DNA of 63,586 nt, filler included, from an uncultured Synergistales bacterium (GTDB taxonomy: Bacteria; Synergistota; Synergistia; Synergistales; Aminobacteriaceae), in assembly GCA_937897575.1 (NCBI GenBank). It is 6 parts of 6 records of this genome, joined end to end, with 100 filler letters (N's around TTAATTAATTAA, not from the genome) between each part and the next. Parts side by side here need not be neighbours in the genome. Positions count along the whole stretch, not along the records: positions 15,454 to 30,752 come from CALCQG010000019.1; positions 30,853 to 45,726 come from CALCQG010000021.1; 4 more parts are not named here. One strand, 5' to 3'. Positions 27,826 to 37,336 of the stretch are shown piece after piece. The number at the start of each line of letters is the position of its first letter. Position 1 is the stretch's first letter. The notes under the pieces were generated by a model. The model did no database searches and was not told the DNA's origin. It saw only the letters and a list, made by a program, of their open reading frames with translations. The position numbers were made by a program, and so were the translations under genes.

Positions 27826-29109
27826 TTAAATCGTGTAGGCACCGAGCTTCGTGTAACCGAGCTCGCTTGTGGAGCCCAGGATGGCCTGGAGCTCGACGGT
27901 GATCGTCCCGTCGGCGGCGAGGGATCCCTGCCACCCTCCGGCAATCACGTTGGCCTCCTCGGGTTCGCCGATGACCTTGTCCATGGGCGGCAGGACGATG
28001 ACCTCGTTCGCGTTGCCCGCCGTGACACAGGCGTCCCCTTCGACGCAGGAGTCGGCCAGGGACTGGCTCGCCCCGTCCTGACCGGCGTACTCGTCGGTCA
28101 GAAGCGTCGTCTTGATACCCGCCCGCTCGGCCTTCCAGCAGTTCATGATCAGGTCGGCGTCCGGGTTGCCGAAGCCCTCCTCGGAGATGAGCAGCCCGTC
28201 CACGCCGAGGGTTCTGGCGAGCTTGACGGCGTAGGACGAACTCCGCCGCTTGTCCAGCAGCGTGACGTTCTCGTTGGTGACGATGCACCCGATGAAGTTG
28301 AAGTCCACGCCGTGGCGCTTGAACATATTGGCGATGACCGGGTTGTTCTGGTGCACGTAGGTGTTGTTCTTGTCGCAGGCGGACACGCAGTTGCCCGAGA
28401 CGATGGCGCCGTCCATGACCTCCGTCGGGTTCAGGTAGGTCGGCAGGATCTTCTTCACATCCACGCCGTAGAGGTAGGTGTCGTGCAGCAGTCCCTGAGA
28501 CTGGAGCATGTACAGGTAGGCCACCTTCGGAAGCGTCGGGGGGGCGGGCATGTCCTTGAGGCTCAGGCTTTCGTAGGTCTCCACCGCGTCCACTTTGGCG
28601 CCCGCGCACTTCTCCGCCAGATAGGCCGCCGCCTTGAGGCCGGCCATCCTGCACGCCGTCTCGTACTCGTGCTTGTCGATGCCCTTGGCGTTCTCGAGGA
28701 TCACCACCACGTTGCACGTCGCGGAATAGGGGGTGTACTCAGCCCCCGGCCCCGACATATCGATGATCCCCTCCTGAAAGCGGACGATCTTGCCCGTCGT
28801 CACGACGGCCGCGCCGCTCAGGACGAGGGTCTTGCCCTCCCCCACGGTCTCCACGTCGGAGAGCATGCCGGGGAAGACGCCACCCGCCCCCTCGAGCTTG
28901 AAACGAGGCTCCACCACGTCCTTCACGGGAAGGATGCGGACGCTCTCTCCCGGCTGGGCAAAGTCCACGTCCACCTTCGTAAGGCGCTCGTCGCCCGCGA
29001 GGACGGACAGAAGCTCCTCCTTGTTGACGGTGAGGACCCCATCCTTCGCCGACGTCGCGTCGCCCCAGGCAAGCTTGCTGATTTTCACTCTATGCAGCTC
29101 TAGTTTCAT
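27826..29109 (-). CDS. grdE: Glycine reductase component B proprotein GrdE
   Basis: MKLELHRVKI, PGESVRILPVKDVVEPR, GAIVSGNCVSACDKN (processing region), SEEGFGNPDADL. Confidence 0.92.
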   Translation of the reverse strand: MKLELHRVKISKLAWGDATSAKDGVLTVNKEELLSVLAGDERLTKVDVDFAQPGESVRILPVKDVVEPRFKLEGAGGVFPGMLSDVETVGEGKTLVLSGAAVVTTGKIVRFQEGIIDMSGPGAEYTPYSATCNVVVILENAKGIDKHEYETACRMAGLKAAAYLAEKCAGAKVDAVETYESLSLKDMPAPPTLPKVAYLYMLQSQGLLHDTYLYGVDVKKILPTYLNPTEVMDGAIVSGNCVSACDKNNTYVHQNNPVIANMFKRHGVDFNFIGCIVTNENVTLLDKRRSSSYAVKLARTLGVDGLLISEEGFGNPDADLIMNCWKAERAGIKTTLLTDEYAGQDGASQSLADSCVEGDACVTAGNANEVIVLPPMDKVIGEPEEANVIAGGWQGSLAADGTITVELQAILGSTSELGYTKLGAYTI

Positions 29110-29144
29110 CGTTCTCTCTTTCCCCCCTTTCAGCGAGATTGGCA

Positions 29145-29462
29145 CTACAGAAGGGCCTCCACGTTCTCTTTGATCTTATCGATCGTCACGTCGCCCCCGC
29201 TGATCCGGGCCACCTCTGCCCCGCCCTTCCAGAACAGGAACGTGGGCAGGCCCATGACCTTGTTCGCTATGGCCACCCTTCGGTTCGCCGATACGTCCAC
29301 CGAGCAGAACTTCACCTTGCCCTCGTACTCCTCCGCCATCTTGTGGACGTTGGGCAACAGCGCCATGCAGGGACCGCATTTCGGCCCCCAGAAGTCGACC
29401 AGCACCGGAAGAGCACTCTCCTTGACCTCGACATCGAAATTATCCTTCGTCAATTCCACCAT
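29145..29462 (-). CDS. trxA: Thioredoxin (glycine reductase-associated)
   Basis: VDFWGPKCGPC active site, VMGLPTF cis-Pro loop. Confidence 0.93.
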   Translation of the reverse strand: MVELTKDNFDVEVKESALPVLVDFWGPKCGPCMALLPNVHKMAEEYEGKVKFCSVDVSANRRVAIANKVMGLPTFLFWKGGAEVARISGGDVTIDKIKENVEALL

Positions 29463-29469
29463 CTTCTCG

Positions 29470-29889
29470 TCACCTCCTTCCACCCGATGGGAGCGCCCCG
29501 TCAGCGGTCACCATGCCGTACTGCAGGAGACTCTCCTTTATCAGTTCATAGTCCACAAAGGCGAAGTCCTCGCGGTGTTCCTCGGGGATGCCGTCTGCGG
29601 ACATGATCCGTCTTGACTCTGCCGTATAGATGCGGAGCGCGCTCTCCATGTAGTCCAGGGACTCCAGGTCAACAGACCCCTCCTGTCGCTCCAGAAGGAT
29701 CGACCGATAGAGGTGCTGATGGGGCCTCAAATTGCCGTACAGAGGGTGCGTGAGCAGACGCCAGCCCAGATGGACATGGTCCCGCACCCGAAGGAGTACA
29801 TCAAGAGTCGTCCCCTCCACAAAGACACAGGAGCGCACCACAGGGCACAGTTGCGGATTGTTCGTGACAAGCAGCCTGCGACAGACCAT
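29470..29889 (-). CDS. grdX: GrdX family protein
   Basis: LLVTNNP, VRDHVHLGWRLLTHPLYGNLRP, DFAFVDYELI; first gene of the grd operon. Confidence 0.88.
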   Translation of the reverse strand: MVCRRLLVTNNPQLCPVVRSCVFVEGTTLDVLLRVRDHVHLGWRLLTHPLYGNLRPHQHLYRSILLERQEGSVDLESLDYMESALRIYTAESRRIMSADGIPEEHREDFAFVDYELIKESLLQYGMVTADGALPSGGRR

Positions 29890-29919
29890 ACTATCGCCTC
29901 CCTGAACGTGCCAGGAGCC

Positions 29920-30090
29920 AATCTCTGTCGCATAGCTCGAAGGAAGGCGACGGTGAAGAGCTATCTTTTTCAGAGATCCGTCCCGCCGCGATCCTTTCGC
30001 CTGAGAGTTTCCCCTCTCCCGACGGAGAGAATTGCCCCTTCGGCTCTTTCCCGTGGGTTTCCGGGAAAGCATCTCTCGCGGCGTTCATCC
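29920..30090 (-). ncRNA. Glycine riboswitch (one complete aptamer plus a degenerate second hairpin)
   Basis: Minus strand GGAUGAA leader, CGCCGCGAGAGA, GCCGAAGGGGCAA, AACUCUCAGGCGAAAGGAUCGCGGCG, GGAC linker, then AUCUCUG...CAGAGAU; directly upstream of grdX. Confidence 0.88.
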
Positions 30091-30103
30091 GGAGATCGTC
30101 ATT

Positions 30104-30131
30104 ATTGTACATCATGGCGAAACGGAGTCAA
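30104..30131 (-). promoter_or_regulatory. Sigma70-type promoter of the grd operon
   Basis: TTGACT (30131-30126), N16, TACAAT (30109-30104), just upstream of the riboswitch. Confidence 0.65.
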
Positions 30132-30164
30132 GGATTTTGTGAAAAAAAGAGCGCGATCGATCGC

Positions 30165-30194
30165 TTGACAACGCCCGAATCCATAGTGTATGCT
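30165..30194 (+). promoter_or_regulatory. Sigma70-type promoter of the metN leader
   Basis: TTGACA (30165-30170), N18, TATGCT (30189-30194). Confidence 0.65.
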
Positions 30195-30226
30195 GTGCGG
30201 AATTTCTGTGGGGAGGGGGACGCGTG

Positions 30227-30313
30227 ATGGTCAACATATCGGTACGCTTTGACGGCATGATGATGTGCATGAACACCCACGGCTCCTCTCCTGATTCGGT
30301 GATGGGCGCCTAG
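30227..30313 (+). CDS. Putative Met-rich leader peptide MVNISVRFDGMMMCMNTHGSSPDSVMGA (28 aa)
   Basis: GGGAGG SD at 30211-30216; in-frame GTG 30224 or ATG 30227; ATG ATG ATG TGC ATG at 30257-30271; TAG 30311-30313; lies between the promoter and a terminator preceding metN. Confidence 0.75.
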   Translation: MVNISVRFDGMMMCMNTHGSSPDSVMGA

Positions 30314-30336
30314 GGCGTTTGTCGCGCGAAAATCAG

Positions 30337-30375
30337 AGAGACCGGGCCTGTGATCGGGGCCCGGTCTCTTTTTTT
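30337..30375 (+). terminator. Attenuator terminator upstream of metN
   Basis: AGAGACCGGGCC (30337-30348) pairs with GGCCCGGTCTCT (30358-30369); T-run to 30375, 16 nt before the metN ATG. Confidence 0.85.
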
Positions 30376-30391
30376 ATGCGGAGGGACGGGC

Positions 30392-30752
30392 ATGATCCGA
30401 ATCGATGGATTGGGCAAAAAATACGGGGACCTTCAGGTCCTCCGGGACATCTCCCTGCACGTGGCGAAGGGGGACGTCTTCGGGATCGTCGGGCACTCCG
30501 GGGCGGGCAAGTCCACGCTTCTTCGGTGCCTCAACGGGTTGGAGACCTACGATGGCGGATCCCTGCAGGTCATGGGCCGGGAGGTCGCCGGCCGGACTCC
30601 CGACGAGCTCAAGGCGCTGCGCCGGGAGATGGGGATGATCTTCCAGAACTTCAGCCTCATGACAAGGAAGACGGTGCGCGAGAACATCCTCTTCCCCCTG
30701 GAGGTCTGGGGCGTTCCGCGCCGCCAGGCCTCGGCCAGGGTGGACGAGCTCC
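30392..30752 (+). CDS. metN: Methionine ABC transporter ATP-binding protein (MetN-like), truncated at contig end
   Basis: GDVFGIVGHSGAGKSTLLRCLNGLE and LRREMGMIFQNFSLMTRKTVRENILFPLE resemble the MetN N-terminus. The permease and binding-protein genes are not visible. Confidence 0.75.
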
Positions 30753-30852
30753 NNNNNNNNNNNNNNNNNNNNNNNNNNNNNNNNNNNNNNNNNNNNTTAA
30801 TTAATTAANNNNNNNNNNNNNNNNNNNNNNNNNNNNNNNNNNNNNNNNNNNN
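30753..30852. other. Artificial contig spacer
   Basis: N-run, TTAATTAATTAA, N-run. Confidence 0.98.
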
Positions 30853-30939
30853 TGCGTCCTCACGGGACGATGCGGCGAGGCGACCCCCTGCGGCGCTCCC
30901 TACGGCTCTCTGGAGGAGCTGTTGCACGACGATGCGTGA
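30853..30939 (+). CDS. 3' end of a truncated gene (Cys-rich tail, possibly ThyX)
   Basis: [32 protein letters not shown]; only 28 codons visible, identity inferred from the CxxxGxCxExxxCG pattern. Confidence 0.35.
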   Translation, partial: CVLTGRCGEATPCGAPYGSLEELLHDDA

Positions 30940-31888
30940 TGGTGTCCTGAAGCGGTGCATGACAATAACGGCCTGCGCCCTCTTCGTCGGCGATGCGGGC
31001 GAGGACAGAAGGCTGCCCATAGGGGGACAGGCCGTCATCGAAGGGGTCCTCATGAAAGGGCCGGACCGTTGGGGGCTCTCCGTCCGCAAGCCCGACGGGG
31101 CGATCGAGAGCGAGACGTGGGGAGGGTCCTCCAGGACAAAGAGACTCCCGTGGAAGCTGCCCGTGCTCCGCGGCGTGGTCTCCATGGTCGAGATGATGTC
31201 CGTGGGCTTCAAGGCCCTGAACAGGTCGGCCCAGATCGCCGTGGGCGAGGAGGAGACCATCACCGTCAAGGAGATCGTCCTCTCAACCGTCGTCGCGCTC
31301 ATCGCCGTCGTCGGCTTGTTCATCGCACTTCCGCTCTGGCTTGCAGACGTCGCCGTCCAACTCTGGGGGCTGACCGCCCTGGGGCGAAACGTCGCGGAGG
31401 GGGTTATCCGCGGCCTGGTCTTTCTCGGGTATGTCGCGCTCATCGGCCTGTGGGGGGAGATCCGCCAGGTCTTTCGCTACCATGGCGCCGAGCATAAGAC
31501 GATCCACGCCTATGAATCGGGTGCAGACATGACGCCGGAGAGCATTCAGCGCTGCTCCCGCATCCACCCCCGATGCGGCACATCCTTTCTCCTCATCGTG
31601 GTCCTCGTGAGCATCGTGGTTTTTTCGGCCGTCGGACAGGGCACCCTTCTCTGGAGGATAGGCAGCCGCATCCTGTTGCTGCCCGTCGTGATCGGCGTGT
31701 CGTACGAGATAATCAAGGGCGCGTCGCGCGCAGGGGTAATAGGCCGGATCCTCATGGCTCCGGCCATGAGCTTTCAGTATCTCACAACCCGGGAACCCAC
31801 CCTGGGGCAGATCGAGGTCGCCCTGTGCGCCCTCGAAACGGCCCTGGGGCGGCCCGTTTCCCCCTCAACGGAAAGGACAGCGGAATGA
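30932..31888 (+). CDS. DUF1385 family membrane protein
   Basis: [41 protein letters not shown]; next to prfA/prmC. Start uncertain. Confidence 0.88.
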   Translation: MRDGVLKRCMTITACALFVGDAGEDRRLPIGGQAVIEGVLMKGPDRWGLSVRKPDGAIESETWGGSSRTKRLPWKLPVLRGVVSMVEMMSVGFKALNRSAQIAVGEEETITVKEIVLSTVVALIAVVGLFIALPLWLADVAVQLWGLTALGRNVAEGVIRGLVFLGYVALIGLWGEIRQVFRYHGAEHKTIHAYESGADMTPESIQRCSRIHPRCGTSFLLIVVLVSIVVFSAVGQGTLLWRIGSRILLLPVVIGVSYEIIKGASRAGVIGRILMAPAMSFQYLTTREPTLGQIEVALCALETALGRPVSPSTERTAE

Positions 31889-32961
31889 GTCACATCGAAA
31901 AACTTGCCGAACTGGAAAAGGACTATCAGGAGACGGAGACCATGATGGCCGATCCGTCGCTGCAGGGAAACCTCAAGGAGCTCCAGAACCTTGCGAAAAA
32001 ACACGCCCAGCTCGAGCCGATCGTGTCGAAGTACCGGGAGTACAGGAAACTTCAGGAGGACATAGACGGAGCCAGAGAGCTGTTGCACGGGGGCGACCCG
32101 GAGATGGACGCCCTTGCCCATGAGGAGATCGACGCCAAGGAGCCTCAGATCAAGGAGCTCGAGGAGGAGATGCGAATCCTGCTGCTGCCGAAGGATCCCA
32201 ATGACGACAAGAGCGTCATCGTCGAGATCCGGGGCGGGGCGGGGGGCGAGGAGGCGGCGCTCTTTGCCGCGGACCTCTTCCGGATGTACAGCCGTTTCGC
32301 CGAGCGCGAGGGGTGGAAACTGGAGATACTGGACTATAACGAGACGGGGATAGGCGGGTACAAGGAGGTCATCTTCCGGATCGACGGCCACGGCGCCTAC
32401 AGTAAACTGAAGTACGACAGCGGCGTTCATCGCGTGCAAAGGGTGCCCACCACCGAAGCCGGCGGACGGATTCACACGTCCACGGCCACTGTGGCCGTGC
32501 TGCCCGAGGCCGAGGATGTGGATATCGAGATCAACCCCGAGGACCTCAAGATCGACACCTACCGCTCCAGCGGCGCCGGGGGGCAGCACGTCAACATGAC
32601 GGACTCCGCCGTGCGGATTACGCACCTGCCAACGGGGATCGTGGCCACGTGCCAGGATGAGCGGTCGCAGATCAAGAACAGGGCGCGGGCCATGATGTAC
32701 CTCAGGGCGCGCCTCTACGACCTCGAACTCCAGAAGAGGAACGACGCCGTCGCCGCCACGCGGCGGGGACAGATCGGCAGCGGCGACCGATCCGAGCGGA
32801 TCAGGACGTACAACTTCACCCAGAACAGGATTACAGATCACCGCATCGGCGAGACGCTGTACAAGCTCGACCAGTACCTCGACGGGGACCTCTACGACCT
32901 CATCGACGCCATGACCCTGGCCGAGCAGACGGAGCTCTTGCATACCTTCGGGGAGGAGTAG
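31885..32961 (+). CDS. prfA: Peptide chain release factor 1
   Basis: [10 protein letters not shown] (PxT motif), [22 protein letters not shown]. Confidence 0.97.
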   Translation: MSHIEKLAELEKDYQETETMMADPSLQGNLKELQNLAKKHAQLEPIVSKYREYRKLQEDIDGARELLHGGDPEMDALAHEEIDAKEPQIKELEEEMRILLLPKDPNDDKSVIVEIRGGAGGEEAALFAADLFRMYSRFAEREGWKLEILDYNETGIGGYKEVIFRIDGHGAYSKLKYDSGVHRVQRVPTTEAGGRIHTSTATVAVLPEAEDVDIEINPEDLKIDTYRSSGAGGQHVNMTDSAVRITHLPTGIVATCQDERSQIKNRARAMMYLRARLYDLELQKRNDAVAATRRGQIGSGDRSERIRTYNFTQNRITDHRIGETLYKLDQYLDGDLYDLIDAMTLAEQTELLHTFGEE

Positions 32962-32962
32962 C

Positions 32963-33805
32963 GTGGATGCGGCGAGTGCACGGCGAAGAGCCATCGCGGC
33001 CCTCGCCGGGGCAGGTATTCCCTTTCCCGCCCGGGAGGCCGATCTTCTGCTCGCCTCTGCCACCGGGCAGCCCTCCGCCTTTCTCCTGGCCCATCCGGAA
33101 TTTTCCCTCGACGAGGCGATGCGCAGCACCCTGGTCGGGATGGTGTCCCGCCGCTCCTCCAGAGAGCCCCTCCAGTACATTCTGGGCGAGTGGGCCTTTT
33201 ACGGACACCCCCTTGCGATGTCGGACAAAATTCTCGTGCCGCGCCCCGAGACGGAACTCCTCGTGGAGCGCGCCCTGGAATGGCTTCCCGACGATGGTAC
33301 CTTTCTCGACTGGGGAACGGGAAGCGGATGTATCGCCATTGCACTGCTGATCGAACGGCCGTCCTGCTCCTGCATCGCCGTGGACGCGAGCCCGTCGGCA
33401 CTCGATGTCGCTTGGAGGAATATGAGGCGCCACGACGTACTTCACCGAGCGCTGCTCTGGCATTCGCGCACACCAAGGGACATCCCGCTGCGGGGCGAGC
33501 GTCTCGCACTGATCGTCAGCAACCCTCCCTACATCCCTACGGCCCTTCTTCCGACCCTGATGGAGGAGGTGCGACGGGAGCCGATGGTCGCCCTCGACGG
33601 GGGGGTCGACGGACTGAAGTGGTACAGAGCGCTGCTCGAATGGGCGCCCGGCGCGCTCCGACCAGGTGGCCGGATCCTGGTCGAGGTGGGGGACGGTCAA
33701 CAGGCGGTGGCCCTGTCGTCCCTCCCTCTGTCTGGTCTGCGGCACGAACGGACGGTTCATGACCTTGCGGGGGTGCCTCGCATGGTCCAGTGGATTCGTG
33801 TATAA
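32963..33805 (+). CDS. prmC: Release factor glutamine methyltransferase
   Basis: EPLQYILG, LVPRPETELLVE, DWGTGSGCIA, VSNPPYI; follows prfA. Confidence 0.95.
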   Translation: MDAASARRRAIAALAGAGIPFPAREADLLLASATGQPSAFLLAHPEFSLDEAMRSTLVGMVSRRSSREPLQYILGEWAFYGHPLAMSDKILVPRPETELLVERALEWLPDDGTFLDWGTGSGCIAIALLIERPSCSCIAVDASPSALDVAWRNMRRHDVLHRALLWHSRTPRDIPLRGERLALIVSNPPYIPTALLPTLMEEVRREPMVALDGGVDGLKWYRALLEWAPGALRPGGRILVEVGDGQQAVALSSLPLSGLRHERTVHDLAGVPRMVQWIRV

Positions 33806-33839
33806 TTTTTTAAGAAACGACGACAGGGGGGACACGGGG

Positions 33840-35027
33840 ATGGAAAAAAGGGAATTGGTCATCGTCGGTGCAGGGCCGGCCGGTCTTACCGCGGCCATCT
33901 ACGGCAGAAGGGCCGGGCTGGACGTTCTTTTGATCGAAAAGGGCGCGGCGGGTGGTCAGATCAACATAACGGAGGAGATCGAGAACTGGCCGGGCGTGCA
34001 GCACGCCACCGGGCCGGAGTTGGGCGCGATGTTCCGGGCCCATGCGGAGAAATTCAACACGGAGTTCCGGGACGCCGATGTGACCAAGATCGAGGTTCGC
34101 GACGGGGCGAAGATCGTCGTGACGAACAAGGGTGAGATCGAGGCCGAGGCCGTTATCGTGGCGACGGGAGCCTACTTCAGACGCCTCGGCTGTGAGGGCG
34201 AGGCGGAGCATATCGGGCAGGGCGTCAGCTACTGCGCCGTATGCGACGGGGCGTTCTTCGAGGACGAGGAGATCGCCGTCGTCGGCGGCGGCAACTCGGC
34301 CGTCGAGGAGGGGGACTACCTGACGAAGTTCGCCTCCAAAGTCTACATCATCCACAGACGGGATGAGTTCCGCGCCGACAGGGCCGCCGTGGAACGGGCG
34401 CTGTCCAACCCGAAGATCGTCCCGGTCTGGAATTCGGTTGTGGAGAAGATCGAAGGCGACGGGATGGTGGAGAACCTCGTCCTCAAAAATGTCAAGACGG
34501 GTGAAATATCCGACCTGCCCGTGGCCGGCGTCTTCATGTTCGTGGGACAGGCGCCGCATGACGAGGCCGTCAAGGGCCTTCTCGAGACCACCAAGGGCGG
34601 ATGGATCAAGACGAACGAGAGGATGGAGACGTCCGTCGAGGGGATCTTCGCTGCGGGCGACCTGAGGGACAAAAGCCTCCGCCAGGTGGTGACGGCGGCG
34701 GCGGACGGCGCCATCGCGGCCATGAGCGCATCGTCCTACATCGCCGAGCAGGTGCACCTCCACTCGAAGCTCATGGAGCCGGAAAAGGTCGTGGCGCTCT
34801 TCTTCTCGAGCATCGATGCCGGGCAGGCCAAGCTCTCGGGCGACGTGGAGTCGGCCTTCGAACGGGCGGGTGCGGCGGTCGTCCTGGTGGACGGTTATAA
34901 GAACGCCCGGATGGTGCAGAAACTTGGGCTCACCGATCTGCCGGTCATGATCCGGATCGAGTCGGGGAAGATCGTGGCGAAGAAGGCCGTCGCGTCCGAA
35001 GCCGAGGCGTCGGAGTTCGCCCGATAG
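33840..35027 (+). CDS. trxB: Thioredoxin reductase with a C-terminal extension
   Basis: GAGPAGLTAA, GVSYCAVCDG, VVGGGNSAVEE, HRRDEFRA, GIFAAGD, plus about 85 extra C-terminal residues. Confidence 0.93.
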   Translation: MEKRELVIVGAGPAGLTAAIYGRRAGLDVLLIEKGAAGGQINITEEIENWPGVQHATGPELGAMFRAHAEKFNTEFRDADVTKIEVRDGAKIVVTNKGEIEAEAVIVATGAYFRRLGCEGEAEHIGQGVSYCAVCDGAFFEDEEIAVVGGGNSAVEEGDYLTKFASKVYIIHRRDEFRADRAAVERALSNPKIVPVWNSVVEKIEGDGMVENLVLKNVKTGEISDLPVAGVFMFVGQAPHDEAVKGLLETTKGGWIKTNERMETSVEGIFAAGDLRDKSLRQVVTAAADGAIAAMSASSYIAEQVHLHSKLMEPEKVVALFFSSIDAGQAKLSGDVESAFERAGAAVVLVDGYKNARMVQKLGLTDLPVMIRIESGKIVAKKAVASEAEASEFAR

Positions 35028-35082
35028 GGCAAGTGGATCGGGGCCGCCTCCCCGGCGGCCCCTTCGATAAGGAGGGTGGGCG

Positions 35083-36015
35083 ATGATTCTCACCGTTACG
35101 TTCAACCCCGCCGTGGATGAGGAGTACATCGTCCCCGAGTTCCGGCCCGGAAGCTGGTTCCGGGCCACACGGAGCATCCGGACGCCAGGGGGCCGAGGCA
35201 TCAACATCTCCCTGCTGCTCGAACAGCTCGGGCATACCTCAACGGCCATGGGGTTTCTCGCCGGCTTCAACGGAGAGTACATTCAGAACACCCTGAGGAA
35301 CAGAAGGATCACGACGAACTTCGTCCACATCCCCGGCGAGACCAGGACCAACGTCTCGGTGATCGACGAGGCGGGGAATGTGGAGACGGGGATCGCCGAG
35401 GAGGGGCCGACGGTCTCCTCCGCCTCCCTCAACCGGCTCAGAAAGGTGTACGGCATGATGCTCCAGCGGACGGATCTGGTGGTGCTCGGAGGCTCCCTGC
35501 CGCCGGGCGTCCCCGATGAGATCGTCCGGGATTTTGTTGCGCTGGCAAAGGACCGGGGCGTCCCATCCGTGGTGGACACGGCCGGCCCGCCCCTTCTCGC
35601 AGCCCTCGAGGCCGTCCCCCTGATGGTGAAGATCGACCACAGGCTTATGTCCAGGGTACTGGGCAAGTCCCTGACGTCCCTCGACACCCTCCTTGACGTG
35701 ATCTCGGAGTTCCACGGCCGGGGATCGGAGTGGACCATCGTGTCCTACCGGACCTACGGCAATGTCTTCTTCTCGCGCGATGGCACCTTTTTGGCCATGG
35801 CCGCGCGGAAAAACGCCCGGTCCATCTTTCACGCGGGGGATGCCCTTCTCGCCGGCATGATCGTGGCGCGCAAAGAGGAGATGTCGGTCGAGGAGTCGAT
35901 TCGCTTTGCCATGGCGACAGCCTGGGAGAGCACGGTTCATCCGGGGAAGGGCATCGGCGACAGAGAGGCCCTGACCCGCTATCTTCCCCTCGTGGAGATC
36001 GAACGTCTCTCCTGA
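35083..36015 (+). CDS. 1-phosphofructokinase family (PfkB) kinase
   Basis: MILTVTFNPAVD, PGGRGINIS, GETRTNV, GGSLPPGV, AGDALLAG. Confidence 0.85.
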   Translation: MILTVTFNPAVDEEYIVPEFRPGSWFRATRSIRTPGGRGINISLLLEQLGHTSTAMGFLAGFNGEYIQNTLRNRRITTNFVHIPGETRTNVSVIDEAGNVETGIAEEGPTVSSASLNRLRKVYGMMLQRTDLVVLGGSLPPGVPDEIVRDFVALAKDRGVPSVVDTAGPPLLAALEAVPLMVKIDHRLMSRVLGKSLTSLDTLLDVISEFHGRGSEWTIVSYRTYGNVFFSRDGTFLAMAARKNARSIFHAGDALLAGMIVARKEEMSVEESIRFAMATAWESTVHPGKGIGDREALTRYLPLVEIERLS

Positions 36016-36135
36016 GATCGAAGGCCGTCGTGCCATCCGAGAGCGCTCTTTCCGGCGCGGTTCAGCCGTTCTACCCTGCCGCCGTCCCCGTTTATTATGG
36101 TATGAAACGTGGAAAAGCCCCGCAGGAGGTACGCC

Positions 36136-37221
36136 ATGACCCGCCCATACATCAGAAAAATCGCTCGTTCATGCGTCGCGCTCCTTTTCGTCCTCTCGTT
36201 TCTGTCTCCGGCATCCGCCGACGCCCTGGATAAGGAGATCAACCTCGGCAAGAAAGCGGCGGAGTCCATAGAGGAGCACTGGGAACGGGTGGCTGATCCG
36301 GCGAAGAGCGCCCGGCTCAATATGATTTTGACCCGATTCATCCCCTACATGGAACGCCCCCTGCCCTACGAGGTGCGCATCGTCCGCGAGGAGACGATCA
36401 ACGCTTTCAGCCTTCCCGGCGGCATCGTCTACTTCACGACGGGCATGCTGGACTTCATGCGCACGGACGCCGAGGTCGCGGCGATCCTCGCCCATGAGCT
36501 CGTTCACGCGGACAGGCGTCACGTCATCATCCAGACGGCCAGGGCGTCGCGGATTTCCCTAGCCGCCGTTCTGCTGATGGTTGCGACGGGGGGAGCGGCG
36601 GGTCCGATGATGCTCACGAGCCTGTTGCAGGCGGCTGTCACGAACTCCTACAGCATCGACCTCGAACGCGAAGCCGACGAGGAGGGGTTCAGGATACTGG
36701 TGGAGGCCGGGTTCCCTCCCTCGGCGCTGGTGACCGCCCTGGAGGCCATGGAGAACGATCAGCTGCGGCGCCCCCACGTGGATATGGGCGTCTTCATGAC
36801 GCACCCGGAGATGAAGGAGCGCGTTCAGTACATCCTTCAGATGGCCAAGGAGCAGAACATCCCCATCATGAGGAAGGACGCCCTTCATCTGCTGCGCACC
36901 GATGTGCGCGACGCTGACGGACGATTGGAGCTCACCGTGGACGGCGCTTCCCTCTGGTCCGTGGCCGGGACGGAGACCAACAGAGCTCGTCTTGAGGAGA
37001 TCAAGGAGAAGATCGATCGATTCTTCCAGATGGAGACGGTCCCCTACGAGATCGAAGTGATCGCCAGGGACGGGAAACAGGGGCTGCGCATCGGGCCATC
37101 CCTCGTGGTCGCCGAACCCCTGCCCGAGGGCGCCGAACCTCTCGGGACATTCAGAGCCGCCCTGGTGGATGCACTCAACCGTGCGAAGGAGAAACACTCC
37201 GGGGTCATCTACATGCCCTAG
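36136..37221 (+). CDS. M48 family metallopeptidase, secreted
   Basis: Signal peptide, INAFSLPGG, LAHELVH (HExxH), EREADEEG, FMTHP. Confidence 0.88.
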   Translation: MTRPYIRKIARSCVALLFVLSFLSPASADALDKEINLGKKAAESIEEHWERVADPAKSARLNMILTRFIPYMERPLPYEVRIVREETINAFSLPGGIVYFTTGMLDFMRTDAEVAAILAHELVHADRRHVIIQTARASRISLAAVLLMVATGGAAGPMMLTSLLQAAVTNSYSIDLEREADEEGFRILVEAGFPPSALVTALEAMENDQLRRPHVDMGVFMTHPEMKERVQYILQMAKEQNIPIMRKDALHLLRTDVRDADGRLELTVDGASLWSVAGTETNRARLEEIKEKIDRFFQMETVPYEIEVIARDGKQGLRIGPSLVVAEPLPEGAEPLGTFRAALVDALNRAKEKHSGVIYMP

Positions 37222-37336
37222 CGGTTCTCCCGAAGAGTATAGTGTAGAATAACAGGAGGCGCTTTCTTCCCTTCCTCGTTAGCGCCTCCGCTGAAGGAGC
37301 GTGGAGGCGAGTCTCTCACTGAAAGGAGCGAACGAC

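Noticed and set aside
30200..30380. SAM riboswitch or Met T-box upstream of metN
   Set aside because: No S-box core motifs and no T-box UGGNACC bulge are visible; the leader-peptide model explains the sequence better.
37222..37336. SRP RNA or tRNA upstream of dnaX
   Set aside because: No SRP domain IV motif (CAGG...GGAA...AGCAG) and no tRNA cloverleaf is evident.
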